Positions 1-7,907 of a DNA stretch of 55,279 bases are shown in pieces. Origin of the DNA: an uncultured Candidatus Saccharibacteria bacterium. Lineage in GTDB: Bacteria; Patescibacteriota; Doudnabacteria; UBA920. Every line of letters begins with the position of its first letter. Position 1 is the first letter of the stretch. The notes below the pieces were generated by a model. That model made no database searches, was not told the origin of the DNA, and saw only the letters and a program-made list of their open reading frames with translations. The stretch spans positions 1-55,279 of the forward strand of contig CAZYMS010000008.1 of the NCBI GenBank assembly GCA_964648985.1, read 5' to 3'. Both the position numbers and the translations under genes were made by a program.

Positions 1-1233
1 ACTCCTGTGTGGGAGGCGAAGAAGTTATGTCCACAAATTATCCTTACCAAGACCAATCCAGATAGATACCGGTACTATACTGCGCGGTTTCTAAAAGTAT
101 TTGAAGATTATACTAAGGATATTGAACGATATAGCATAGATGAAGCGTTTCTTGACCTGACCAGAGTCAGTAATGTCAAAAGTCATCAGGTCTATAACGT
201 CGAACGCCAGTCCGGGGACCTTAGACGTGAAGACCTTATAGACCTTGGACGTGCTATGCTCGATCCGTACGAAGAAGCAGCGCGAATTGCGAAGGAAATT
301 AAAGAGCGCATGAAAACGGAGGTGGGGGATTACTTGCGCTGTTCGGTTGGCATAGGCTGGAGCAAGCTCATTGCAAAAATAGGGTCGGACATGCAAAAGC
401 CAGATGGCCTTACGGTACTACGACCAGAAGACAAGCCAATGCTGTACAAAAAGCTTATGCTTCAAGATATACCGGGAATTGGCAGTAGGCAGGCAAAAAG
501 ACTTGAAGCAAAAGGCATTCGTACAGTATCTGATTTGCGTGACTGTCCGCTTGGTCACTTGGTCCACTGGTTTGGCATTATGGGCTACCACTTACATAGT
601 ATGGGGCAGCTTGAAGGTTTGTGGCACGAGGGTTTTAGTGAGGCAACTCCTATAAAGTCCGTGGGTCATATGTATACGGTTGCCCAGCAGTACCGCACCG
701 TAAGCCAGGTAGGAGAAAAGGTACTCTATCGGCTCTCAGAAATGGTGGCAAGAAGGCTTCGTGCCCTTGGTATGGGTGCTACTGCGCTGGCTGCTCATGT
801 CATGGATAAAGACTATGCTCACCATGGGGGACAGCGGCAACTTGGGGTACCTACTATAACTGGTCACGATATATTTACTGCTGCGCGACATGCCATAGTG
901 ACCGAGCATGGAGGGACGTGGCCCGAAACCATCTATAGAATAGGGGTTACAGCTTTTGGATTACGCGAATATCGGACCCAGCTTAGCCTTTTCCCCGAGG
1001 TTGATCGTCGCGCAAAGGTTTCGATAGCACTGGATAAAATTAATCAAAAATATACTCAAGAAGAGTGGTCTGTAGCCCGTGAGCGAGCGGCGTTAGGTAG
1101 CGGGAGTGGGCAACGGGGCGGGGACGTTATATTGCCCTGTCCAGCTTTTTTTGCGCAGGAAATAATTCGAGATTCTCTCGGTTTTGGACGTATGCGCGAG
1201 TTTAGTGTTTCTGACTTTAAACGAGGGGGCTAG
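1..1233 (+). CDS. dinB: DNA polymerase IV (Y-family, DinB/ImpB type); 5' end lies outside the window
   Basis: Frame is open from base 1. Motifs YSIDEAFLDLT, KLIAKIGSDMQKPDG and PGIGSRQAKRLE (HhH) are typical of Y-family polymerases. Confidence 0.85.
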   Translation, partial: TPVWEAKKLCPQIILTKTNPDRYRYYTARFLKVFEDYTKDIERYSIDEAFLDLTRVSNVKSHQVYNVERQSGDLRREDLIDLGRAMLDPYEEAARIAKEIKERMKTEVGDYLRCSVGIGWSKLIAKIGSDMQKPDGLTVLRPEDKPMLYKKLMLQDIPGIGSRQAKRLEAKGIRTVSDLRDCPLGHLVHWFGIMGYHLHSMGQLEGLWHEGFSEATPIKSVGHMYTVAQQYRTVSQVGEKVLYRLSEMVARRLRALGMGATALAAHVMDKDYAHHGGQRQLGVPTITGHDIFTAARHAIVTEHGGTWPETIYRIGVTAFGLREYRTQLSLFPEVDRRAKVSIALDKINQKYTQEEWSVARERAALGSGSGQRGGDVILPCPAFFAQEIIRDSLGFGRMREFSVSDFKRGG

Positions 1234-1344
1234 GAATTCTTGATCTATGTGGGAATATGGTGTAGTTTATATTAAACCATGAGGTCATCAATTGTTTTGA
1301 TATCTCGGACGAATTAGAAAACCGCATACCAAAGGGGGGTCAAA

Positions 1345-1692
1345 ATGGGACAAAAGAAAAAAGTAGTCATTGTCGACGATGCCGTTAGCTACGCGGAAAC
1401 TCTGGGCGAATTTGCATCTCGTTGTGGCTACGAAGTAGTGATTGTTGATGCAACAGGTAAAAGCGTAGACGATATGTTAGCTGCTGTACAAGCTTCTGGC
1501 GCAGATGCAGCCATGGTCGACTTGCAGTGGGGAAATAACGTCTACGGTCTTAGTTGTATAAGCCGCCTTAGCATTCCCGCCTTGCTAATGTCTGCCCGCA
1601 GAGAGCCTCCCACCGGCTTTGAAGGCGCCTTTGCTTCTAAGTTTGATGGGATGGAGGTTATTGTAGGCGCACTAGCCCAATTGCTTGGATAG
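1345..1692 (+). CDS. stand-alone CheY-like receiver domain protein
   Basis: VVIVDD acidic pair, MVDLQW candidate phospho-Asp, and LLMSA and ASKFD at the conserved Ser/Thr and Lys positions. Purine-rich RBS aaagggggg lies upstream. Confidence 0.55.
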   Translation: MGQKKKVVIVDDAVSYAETLGEFASRCGYEVVIVDATGKSVDDMLAAVQASGADAAMVDLQWGNNVYGLSCISRLSIPALLMSARREPPTGFEGAFASKFDGMEVIVGALAQLLG

Positions 1693-1735
1693 GCTGTATA
1701 AGCTTTCAGTAATCAATTACACACCCAAACTTGGC

Positions 1736-1762
1736 CGGCGTATGCGTATGCGCCGTTTTTTT
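1736..1762 (+). terminator. rho-independent terminator
   Basis: CGGCG...CGCCG stem followed by TTTTTTT, downstream of the 1345-1692 gene. Confidence 0.55.
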
Positions 1763-1818
1763 ATTTGCGACCTTCATTTATGATATACTTCTATATATAG
1801 TAGAATAAATCTTTTTCT

Positions 1819-2088
1819 ATGGCAGACGATATTGCAAGCTACAAAAAAATGCTTTCGGACCTTATAAAGAAGCAAATGATAATGCTTGGTCCCAACATTG
1901 CTCTGGATAAAGCGCGCAAAGTGCCAAATCTCAAAATTGGTGATGACGGTGAGGTGCTGGAAATGGCCGGGGATCCTCGTGTAGTGCTTAAAGGCGTGGC
2001 AAATGAATACATGACTCTATCCGGACAAATTGCTCAAATGACCCTGAACACGCTTTTGGAAAAGTATCCAGGCGTTGAAAACATTTAG
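1819..2088 (+). CDS. hypothetical protein (89 aa)
   Basis: Clean ORF in an otherwise non-coding gap. No motif recognised. Confidence 0.4.
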   Translation: MADDIASYKKMLSDLIKKQMIMLGPNIALDKARKVPNLKIGDDGEVLEMAGDPRVVLKGVANEYMTLSGQIAQMTLNTLLEKYPGVENI

Positions 2089-2089
2089 C

Positions 2090-2206
2090 GACACGAATTT
2101 ACGAATGGGTCACATGAATGTCGCGAATAATTCAGAAGATTTTTTTGCTCGTAGTCGTCGATCTTAATTATTCGTATCATTCGTCTGCAATTCGTATATT
2201 GGGGTC
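2090..2206. repeat. word-based inverted repeat (ACGAAT / ATTCGT arrays)
   Basis: Left arm has ACGAATTTACGAATGG...GCGAATAATTCAGAAGAT. Right arm has ATCTTAATTATTCGTATCATTCGT..AATTCGTA. Exact complementary cores are CGAATAATT and AAGAT. Confidence 0.7.
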
Positions 2207-2222
2207 GCCTCTAAAATAAACA

Positions 2223-3887
2223 ATGCTGCTGTATATAATTTTAATTGTAGATCTTGTACTATTGGCCGTAATGATTGCGGTCTATATTCACTATTCCTTC
2301 CGGGAACGCAATTTGCTTCAGGGCCAGGTTGGTCAGGCGCATGAACTGCAGCAGCGTATTTACCAAATTCAGGTTTTAAAAGAAATAGGCGAGCGCATTG
2401 GCTATAGTTTAGATACCAACAAAATTGTAGAGATTATAACCAGTAGTCTTGGTAACCTGCTTGAGTACGATACGGTTTCCTATATGGTACTGCAGGAGAA
2501 TGGCGAAAAGCTCATTTTTAAATGCGACGTAAACAATAGCGTAACGCACAATTTTTTGAATGACGTAAAAGAGAAAATGCTTTTGGCTATTAGCGCCATT
2601 TTAGACAAAGATTTAAAAACAAAGCCGCTTGACGAAAGTATTACCGGTAATATTTTAGACGATAATTTAAAAATATCGTTAAAGTCGTACTTTAACTTGC
2701 CGGTTGTTATTGGTGACAAGCTGGTAGGACTTATTAACGTAGCTTCTCACGAAGCGGGTCAGTATGGTGATGCACAGGCTTCCATTCTTTATTCCATTAC
2801 CAACCAAGCGGCTACTGCAGTGTCGAAACTCCAGCTTATACTTGAAAGTGAAAAGGGGAAGCTTGTCTCGGTTATAAACTCCATGACAGATGGAGTAGTT
2901 ATGGCGGACATGCACAATCAAGTGCTGGTATCTAACCCTGCAGTAAAAAAGCTTTTGGAAATTCAAAGTGGTACAGAAGCAACTATGTACGACGTAGTAG
3001 ATGCTTTGGCTGGTAAGGTTGATATTCGCACTAAAATCGAACAAGCCATAGGGACTCACGAACCCGTGGTGGTAAATAATGTGCAGCTCAAAAACCACGT
3101 GGTGGAAATGACCATTACCCCCGTGCGGAGCCAGCAAGGGGAGCAGCTTGGTGCTGCTGTTGTGTTCCACGACATTACTACTGAAAAAGATTTGGAAAAA
3201 GTGCGGCAAGACTTTACTGCCATGATGGTGCACGAACTTCGAGCTCCTTTGACTGCGGTGCGCTGGTCAAGTGAGTCGTTGGACAAAGCTGCTATTCCTG
3301 GAAGTCAAATAGACGCAGCAAAAGTAAAAGAAACGGCTACAACTATAGGTGCTGCATCACGCAATATGCTCGAGCTGGTGAACGACTTACTCGATGTAGC
3401 TAAGATAGAAGCAGGGAAGTTCGACTTAAATATTCAAGAATACGATATAATTGCCATCCTTAAGGAGCAAATACAGACATTTAAGGCTTTGGCTGAAACT
3501 AAGCATATAGAGCTCAAAATTACCGCTCCAGAAAAATTTGTGTTAAAATGTGATAAAATTCGTATATCCCAGGCTTTTGAGAATTTGCTGTCAAATGCTA
3601 TTAAATATAGCGACGGAGGAGAAGTAATGGCATCATTTGCTCAGGACCAGCAAAAGAATGTTGCTATTATTTCCGTAAAAGACGCAGGAGTGGGCATTGC
3701 CCGCGAAGACTTGCCCATGCTGTTCTCAAAGTTTCGTCAACTAAAGAACGTAGACAATGCTCGTAAAGGTACAGGTCTTGGACTTGTGGTTACTAAAGGT
3801 ATTGTAGAGGCTCATGGCGGACAAATATGGGCTGAAAGCGCCGGGGAAAACATGGGAACTACATTTTCTTTCTCCCTTCCGCTGTAA
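2223..3887 (+). CDS. sensor histidine kinase (N-terminal TM, GAF-like, PAS-like, HisKA, HATPase_c)
   Basis: H-box MVHELRAPLT, N-box LLSNAIKYS, G-boxes DAGVGI and GTGLGLVV. Confidence 0.9.
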   Translation: MLLYIILIVDLVLLAVMIAVYIHYSFRERNLLQGQVGQAHELQQRIYQIQVLKEIGERIGYSLDTNKIVEIITSSLGNLLEYDTVSYMVLQENGEKLIFKCDVNNSVTHNFLNDVKEKMLLAISAILDKDLKTKPLDESITGNILDDNLKISLKSYFNLPVVIGDKLVGLINVASHEAGQYGDAQASILYSITNQAATAVSKLQLILESEKGKLVSVINSMTDGVVMADMHNQVLVSNPAVKKLLEIQSGTEATMYDVVDALAGKVDIRTKIEQAIGTHEPVVVNNVQLKNHVVEMTITPVRSQQGEQLGAAVVFHDITTEKDLEKVRQDFTAMMVHELRAPLTAVRWSSESLDKAAIPGSQIDAAKVKETATTIGAASRNMLELVNDLLDVAKIEAGKFDLNIQEYDIIAILKEQIQTFKALAETKHIELKITAPEKFVLKCDKIRISQAFENLLSNAIKYSDGGEVMASFAQDQQKNVAIISVKDAGVGIAREDLPMLFSKFRQLKNVDNARKGTGLGLVVTKGIVEAHGGQIWAESAGENMGTTFSFSLPL

Positions 3888-3937
3888 TTATTGGCATAGA
3901 TAGTTTAGTTATTAATGTAATTTTGTATTATTGTAAT

Positions 3938-4031
3938 ATCCAATATCTAATTACTAATTTCCAATAAAATGCTGAATTCCAAATAAGCATTGAGCATTGG
4001 ACATTGTATTGGAGATTAGATATTGGAAATT
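3938..4031. repeat. word-based inverted repeat (CCAATA/TCTAAT words)
   Basis: TCCAATATCTAAT (3939-3951) is exactly complementary to ATTAGATATTGGA (4015-4027). AATTTCCAATA (3956-3966) is complementary to TATTGGAAATT (4021-4031). Confidence 0.7.
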
Positions 4032-4042
4032 AGAAATTTTAT

Positions 4043-4432
4043 ATGGCACAAAAGATTGTTATCGCAGAGGACGATAAACTCCTCTCTGGATCTTTAGTAA
4101 CTGCATTTACCGATGCTGGTTTTGAGGTACACCCTGCCTATGATGGCGAAGAGGCAGTGGCAAAGATAAAAGAAATAAAGCCAGACGCTGCACTGCTGGA
4201 CGTTATGATGCCAAAGCTCGACGGCATAGGTGTGCTCTGGGAAATAAAAGCAAATGCTGAAACAGCAGATATGCCTGTAGTAGTTCTTACGAATATGGCC
4301 GATATGGATACTATAAGCAAAATTATGGAAGCTGGCGGCACCGACTATTTGCTTAAGAGCGACCAGTCTATAGATAAAATTATAGAAAAAGTGCAACAGG
4401 TATTGGCCCGCAGTCAGGCTGCTAAACAATAA
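4043..4432 (+). CDS. single-domain response regulator (CheY-like)
   Basis: IAEDD, LLDVMMPKLDG, VVVLTN and LLKS receiver motifs. Lies immediately downstream of the kinase gene. Confidence 0.85.
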   Translation: MAQKIVIAEDDKLLSGSLVTAFTDAGFEVHPAYDGEEAVAKIKEIKPDAALLDVMMPKLDGIGVLWEIKANAETADMPVVVLTNMADMDTISKIMEAGGTDYLLKSDQSIDKIIEKVQQVLARSQAAKQ

Positions 4433-4437
4433 ACTGT

Positions 4438-4938
4438 ATGCCAGCAGGGCTGTATCATGGCTCAAGTAAGTCAGGGCTAACCGAAATCGGCCCTCGGGCT
4501 GTGTCTGTGCGAGATACTGCAGAAGGTGCAGTTGTTTTTGCGACTCCAGACCCAGCTATTGCCAGTATGTTTTTAGTACCTGTTCGTCAACATTCTGGCA
4601 GGTTCAATGGTGTGCCTTACTTTGTTGCCATAAAAGCAGATTTTGAAATGCGCGACCTAGGTGGGTCCATTTATACTATCAAATCCGATGGTTTTTCGTT
4701 TGATCACGACAAAGGCTTGGGCGAGCTAGAATGGACATGTGCAAACTCAGTACAGGTTGTATCAGAAACCCATTACAATTCCGCACTCCAGTGTATGCTA
4801 GAACATGGAGTACAAGTGTTTTTGGTAGACAAGGCTACTTTTGAACAAATAGACAAGGCCGAAGACCATGGTTTGTCCATACTTCATCGCTGCCTATCAG
4901 AAAATGTCCTTAGAAACATAAACCCTCAGAAGTTTTAG
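4438..4938 (+). CDS. hypothetical protein (166 aa), 5 nt after the response regulator gene
   Basis: Long ORF, apparently co-transcribed. The LYHGSS ... GAVVFATP ... ELEWT string weakly recalls H-Y-E ADP-ribosyltransferase folds (see findings). Confidence 0.55.
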   Translation: MPAGLYHGSSKSGLTEIGPRAVSVRDTAEGAVVFATPDPAIASMFLVPVRQHSGRFNGVPYFVAIKADFEMRDLGGSIYTIKSDGFSFDHDKGLGELEWTCANSVQVVSETHYNSALQCMLEHGVQVFLVDKATFEQIDKAEDHGLSILHRCLSENVLRNINPQKF

Positions 4939-4994
4939 CCTGTCATTTCAAATTGGTGTATTATTCCTATTTCCTAACTCCTACCTCCTAATTC

Positions 4995-5477
4995 ATGCTT
5001 CGTAATTCCGACTTCTTCGTCCTCGCCCACAACATCCGATCGCTTCATAATGTTGGTTCAATTTTCCGAACCAGTGATGTGTTTGCCGTATCAAAACTAT
5101 TCTTAAGTGGTTATACTGGTCATCCACCTGATCCACGGCTCGCCAAGGTTGCTCTGGGCGCCGAATTAACTGTACCCTGGGAATATAATAAGTCTTCGGT
5201 AAGGATTATTAAGAAGCTAAAGCTAGAATATCCTGAGCTTACTGTTGTTGGCCTGGAAAATAATTTGCCGAATACTATTCTTTTGCAGAGTTTTAAGCCC
5301 TCGGGTCCAGTACTGCTCGTTCTTGGTGAAGAAGTAAGGGGCCTTCCAAAAAATGTAAGAACATTGTGTAATGCATTCGTGGAAATACCGCAGTTTGGCA
5401 CGAAAGAGTCATTAAACGTGTCAGTTGCATTTGGAATTGCTGCGCATCACATAGCTACGACTATCCACCAAAAATGA
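4995..5477 (+). CDS. SpoU/TrmH-family RNA 2'-O-methyltransferase
   Basis: NVGSIFRTSD, LLVLGEEVRGLP and IPQFGTKESLNVSVAFGIA are SPOUT motifs. Confidence 0.75.
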   Translation: MLRNSDFFVLAHNIRSLHNVGSIFRTSDVFAVSKLFLSGYTGHPPDPRLAKVALGAELTVPWEYNKSSVRIIKKLKLEYPELTVVGLENNLPNTILLQSFKPSGPVLLVLGEEVRGLPKNVRTLCNAFVEIPQFGTKESLNVSVAFGIAAHHIATTIHQK

Positions 5478-5546
5478 ATTTTTGATAAAAATAACATAAC
5501 CTAACAAGGGGTGTGGATCATTATAATTTAATCTCAAAAAATATTT

Positions 5547-5578
5547 AATTACCGCTTGCAAAAGCGGTAATTTTATTT
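5547..5578 (+). terminator. rho-independent terminator
   Basis: AATTACCGCTT-GCAA-AAGCGGTAATT stem-loop followed by TTATTT. Confidence 0.7.
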
Positions 5579-5626
5579 CGTGGAACCTTTGACCCTCTAG
5601 ACTCAAGTGGGGTATACTGGTTTAGT

Positions 5627-5673
5627 AGTGGTAGTGAGTGGTGAAAAGTGGGGATAAGTGGGTGGATAAGTGC
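5627..5673 (+). promoter_or_regulatory. phased AGTGG direct repeats, candidate MraZ operator
   Basis: AGTG starts at 5627, 5637, 5647 and 5657 (exact 10-bp phasing), then at 5669. The run AAAAGTGGGG ATAAGTGGGT GGATAAGTGC lies about 100 bp upstream of mraZ. Confidence 0.5.
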
Positions 5674-5710
5674 ATAACTTAACAAGACCCCACAAAAGTA
5701 AAATGCAGAT

Positions 5711-5740
5711 TTGTAAATGCTGAACAAAATGGCATTTAAT
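5711..5740 (+). promoter_or_regulatory. candidate sigma70-type promoter of the mraZ block
   Basis: TTGTAA, 18-nt spacer, TTTAAT, about 37 nt upstream of the mraZ ATG. Confidence 0.3.
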
Positions 5741-5776
5741 TCCGCATTCTAAGTCATTAATGCTGCGTTCGAACTT

Positions 5777-6208
5777 ATGTTTATCGGTGAATACGAAGCT
5801 TCCATCGACGACAAAGGGCGCGTTGCAGTCCCGACAAAATTCCGCACTACTCTTAAAGGTAAGGCCGTAGTTACTCGTGGCCTTGATCAGTCCCTCTTTC
5901 TATACCCGCAAACTGAGTGGAAAGCAATGGCAGAGAAGTTGGCTAGTCTCCCTATTTCTACTGCAAACACCCGCGCTTTCTCAAGGCTCATGCTTGCAGG
6001 GGCTATGGAATGCGATATAGATAAGCAAGGAAGAATTATTCTTCCCGGATATCTAAAAGAATTTGCTGGTGTTGCCAAGCGCGTTGTGTTCGCTGGTTTA
6101 TATAACCGTATTGAAATATGGAGCGAAGACCGCTGGAAGGCATACAAGGCAGAAACAGAAAAAGAAAGTACTGCTATAGCAGAGCAATTGGGAAGTCTCG
6201 GAGTTTAG
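5777..6208 (+). CDS. mraZ: transcriptional regulator MraZ
   Basis: MFIGEYEASIDDKGRVAVPTKFR plus a second DKQGRIILP SpoVT/AbrB-like repeat. First gene of the dcw block. Confidence 0.95.
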   Translation: MFIGEYEASIDDKGRVAVPTKFRTTLKGKAVVTRGLDQSLFLYPQTEWKAMAEKLASLPISTANTRAFSRLMLAGAMECDIDKQGRIILPGYLKEFAGVAKRVVFAGLYNRIEIWSEDRWKAYKAETEKESTAIAEQLGSLGV

Positions 6209-6209
6209 T

Positions 6210-6288
6210 CGTATAAACATTCAAACATGTAAACATATAAACACACAGAAATTGCCCGAAATGTTTAAATGCTTATATGTTTACATGG
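6210..6288. repeat. word-based inverted repeat (AAACAT words) between mraZ and rsmH
   Basis: CATGTAAACATATAA (6226-6240) is exactly complementary to TTATATGTTTACATG (6273-6287). Confidence 0.75.
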
Positions 6289-7233
6289 CCTATGACCTCC
6301 TATACTCACATCCCTGTTCTTTTACAAGAAGTATTGCAGTTAACTAACCCAAAACCTGGTGATGTATGTATAGATGCAACACTCGGTGGCGGTGGTTATA
6401 CTAAGGCGCTTTTGGATCGAATAGTGCCCAATGGTAAGGTGCTCGCTATAGATTTGGATATTGATGCAATTAAAAATTTCCAATTTCCAATTTCCAATTC
6501 CCCAGATCGGATTACCCTTGCTCATGGAAATTTTGCGGATGTTGCTACCATAGCAAAAGAGTATGGCTTTATGAGCCCTCAGGTTATTGTTGCCGATATT
6601 GGCTTGTCGAGCTATGAACTAGACCAGGCGGGCAGAGGAATTTCTTTCCAAAAGAACGAACCTTTAGACATGCGATTTAACGCATCGGGTAAGGGTAAAA
6701 CTGCAGCTTCTATACTTGCCAATGCTACCGAGGAAGAACTCGCGTACATTTTCAATGCATACGGCGAAGAAAAATTCGCCACAAAAATCGCTCGGGATAT
6801 TGTCCGTAATCGAACCTCAGGTCACATTGCCACGACCTTTGAGTTAGTGAATTTTATTACGGCCAGCATTCCGGGTCGCTTGAAACATAAGGCCCTGGAT
6901 TCAGTACGGCGCATTTTTCAATCTTTGCGCATAGCAGTGAACGGAGAGTTAGAAAACCTTGAACGGTTTTTGCCAGATGCTCTGCATATTCTGGCTCCTG
7001 GTGGCGTGCTTGCTGTTGTGTCGTTCCATTCTCTGGAAGACCGAATAGTAAAACAGTTTTTTGCAAAGACCGCTCAGGGTTGTATCTGTCCCAAGGACTT
7101 TCCTATTTGCCGCTGCGCCCAGAGTGCGGTTGCTGAGATCCTGACCAAAAAGCCTATTGTCGCAGGCGACTCGGAAGTCTCCCGGAATTCCCGGGCAAAG
7201 TCGGCGAAACTTAGAGCAATTAGAAAATTATAG
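6277..7233 (+). CDS. rsmH: 16S rRNA (cytosine1402-N4)-methyltransferase RsmH
   Basis: HIPVLLQEV, DATLGGGGYT, DIGLSSYELD and SFHSLEDRIVK motifs. The true start may be the in-frame ATG at 6292 (MTSYTHIPVLL). Confidence 0.9.
   Translation: MFTWPMTSYTHIPVLLQEVLQLTNPKPGDVCIDATLGGGGYTKALLDRIVPNGKVLAIDLDIDAIKNFQFPISNSPDRITLAHGNFADVATIAKEYGFMSPQVIVADIGLSSYELDQAGRGISFQKNEPLDMRFNASGKGKTAASILANATEEELAYIFNAYGEEKFATKIARDIVRNRTSGHIATTFELVNFITASIPGRLKHKALDSVRRIFQSLRIAVNGELENLERFLPDALHILAPGGVLAVVSFHSLEDRIVKQFFAKTAQGCICPKDFPICRCAQSAVAEILTKKPIVAGDSEVSRNSRAKSAKLRAIRKL
6476..6503 (+). repeat. tandem heptamer (ATTTCCA)x3 + ATTCCCC inside the rsmH CDS
   Basis: Read directly. Encodes NFQFPISNSP in a region that looks like a variable loop. 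Confidence 0.8.
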
Positions 7234-7236
7234 TCC

Positions 7237-7342
7237 CTACGAAAGTATAAAACGTACGAATATACAAATTCGTAATACATTGTTTAAACCATCATAGACG
7301 CCATTGCGCATTTGTATATTCGTATTATCACTATTTCGCAGG
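7237..7342. repeat. word-based inverted repeat between rsmH and ftsL-like gene
   Basis: ACGAATATACAAAT (7256-7269) is exactly complementary to ATTTGTATATTCGT (7310-7323). Confidence 0.75.
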
Positions 7343-7357
7343 AAACAAAAAACAAAC

Positions 7358-7801
7358 ATGTCAGTACCTAATGTAGTATCAACCACCATAGGCCTTTCTC
7401 TTCCAAGCTTTACCATAAGTAAGGAGTTGGGTCATGGCTCCCAAAACAAGCCTATTCGCTCTGCCGTTGTCGCTAAAGCCCCAGCTGCAAAAAGGTCAGT
7501 AGCACGAAAGGGCATCTCTTTTGCGTTTGTTCCCGTTCTTTTACTGGTTTTAAATATTGGCATGTTCCTGTTTTATCTAGTGAGTGTAAACCAACAGCAG
7601 GCCTATACGTATAAAGCTGCGCAAGCGCAAAAGGAGCTTGAAGTTTTGCGAGACCAACAGCGCCAGTGGCAGGTAAAGATAGCCGATGCGTCTTCCGGTG
7701 TTCGTATGCGCGAGATTGCTGTTGGTGCGGGGCAGTTCGTTTCTGTGGGTACTCCTGAATTTATCACTGCTCACACTCCTGCAACACTGACAATGAGATA
7801 G
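7358..7801 (+). CDS. ftsL: FtsL/DivIC-like cell division protein (bitopic, coiled coil)
   Basis: Sits between rsmH and ftsI. One TM helix (FAFVPVLLLVLNIGMFLFYLVSV) is followed by a coiled-coil segment. Start placed at the ATG at 7358 rather than the TTG at 7304. Confidence 0.5.
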   Translation: MSVPNVVSTTIGLSLPSFTISKELGHGSQNKPIRSAVVAKAPAAKRSVARKGISFAFVPVLLLVLNIGMFLFYLVSVNQQQAYTYKAAQAQKELEVLRDQQRQWQVKIADASSGVRMREIAVGAGQFVSVGTPEFITAHTPATLTMR

Positions 7802-7815
7802 AGCTAAATCCCCAT

Positions 7816-7907
7816 AATTGTTCAGAATTGCCCGTAATTGCCCAAAAATGTGATGGGCCCTAAAATTTTGGACAATTCTGGACAATTTTATTTAATTTTG
7901 GACAATT
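7816..7907. repeat. word-based inverted repeat (AATTGYCC / GGACAATT words) between ftsL and ftsI
   Basis: AATTGTTCAGAATTGCCC in the left arm against TTGGACAATTCTGGACAATT in the right arm (16 of 18 complementary). The last word overlaps the ftsI start. Confidence 0.7.

Noticed and set aside
2679-3233. 184-aa ORF on the minus strand inside the histidine kinase gene, plus similar antisense ORFs at 11390-11986, 23427-23789, 35256-35693, 36814-37482, 38292-38759 and 45239-45817.
   Set aside because: Each lies fully inside and antisense to a gene with clear family motifs. The translations are low-complexity or Cys/His/Arg-rich with no motifs or RBS. These are typical shadow ORFs.
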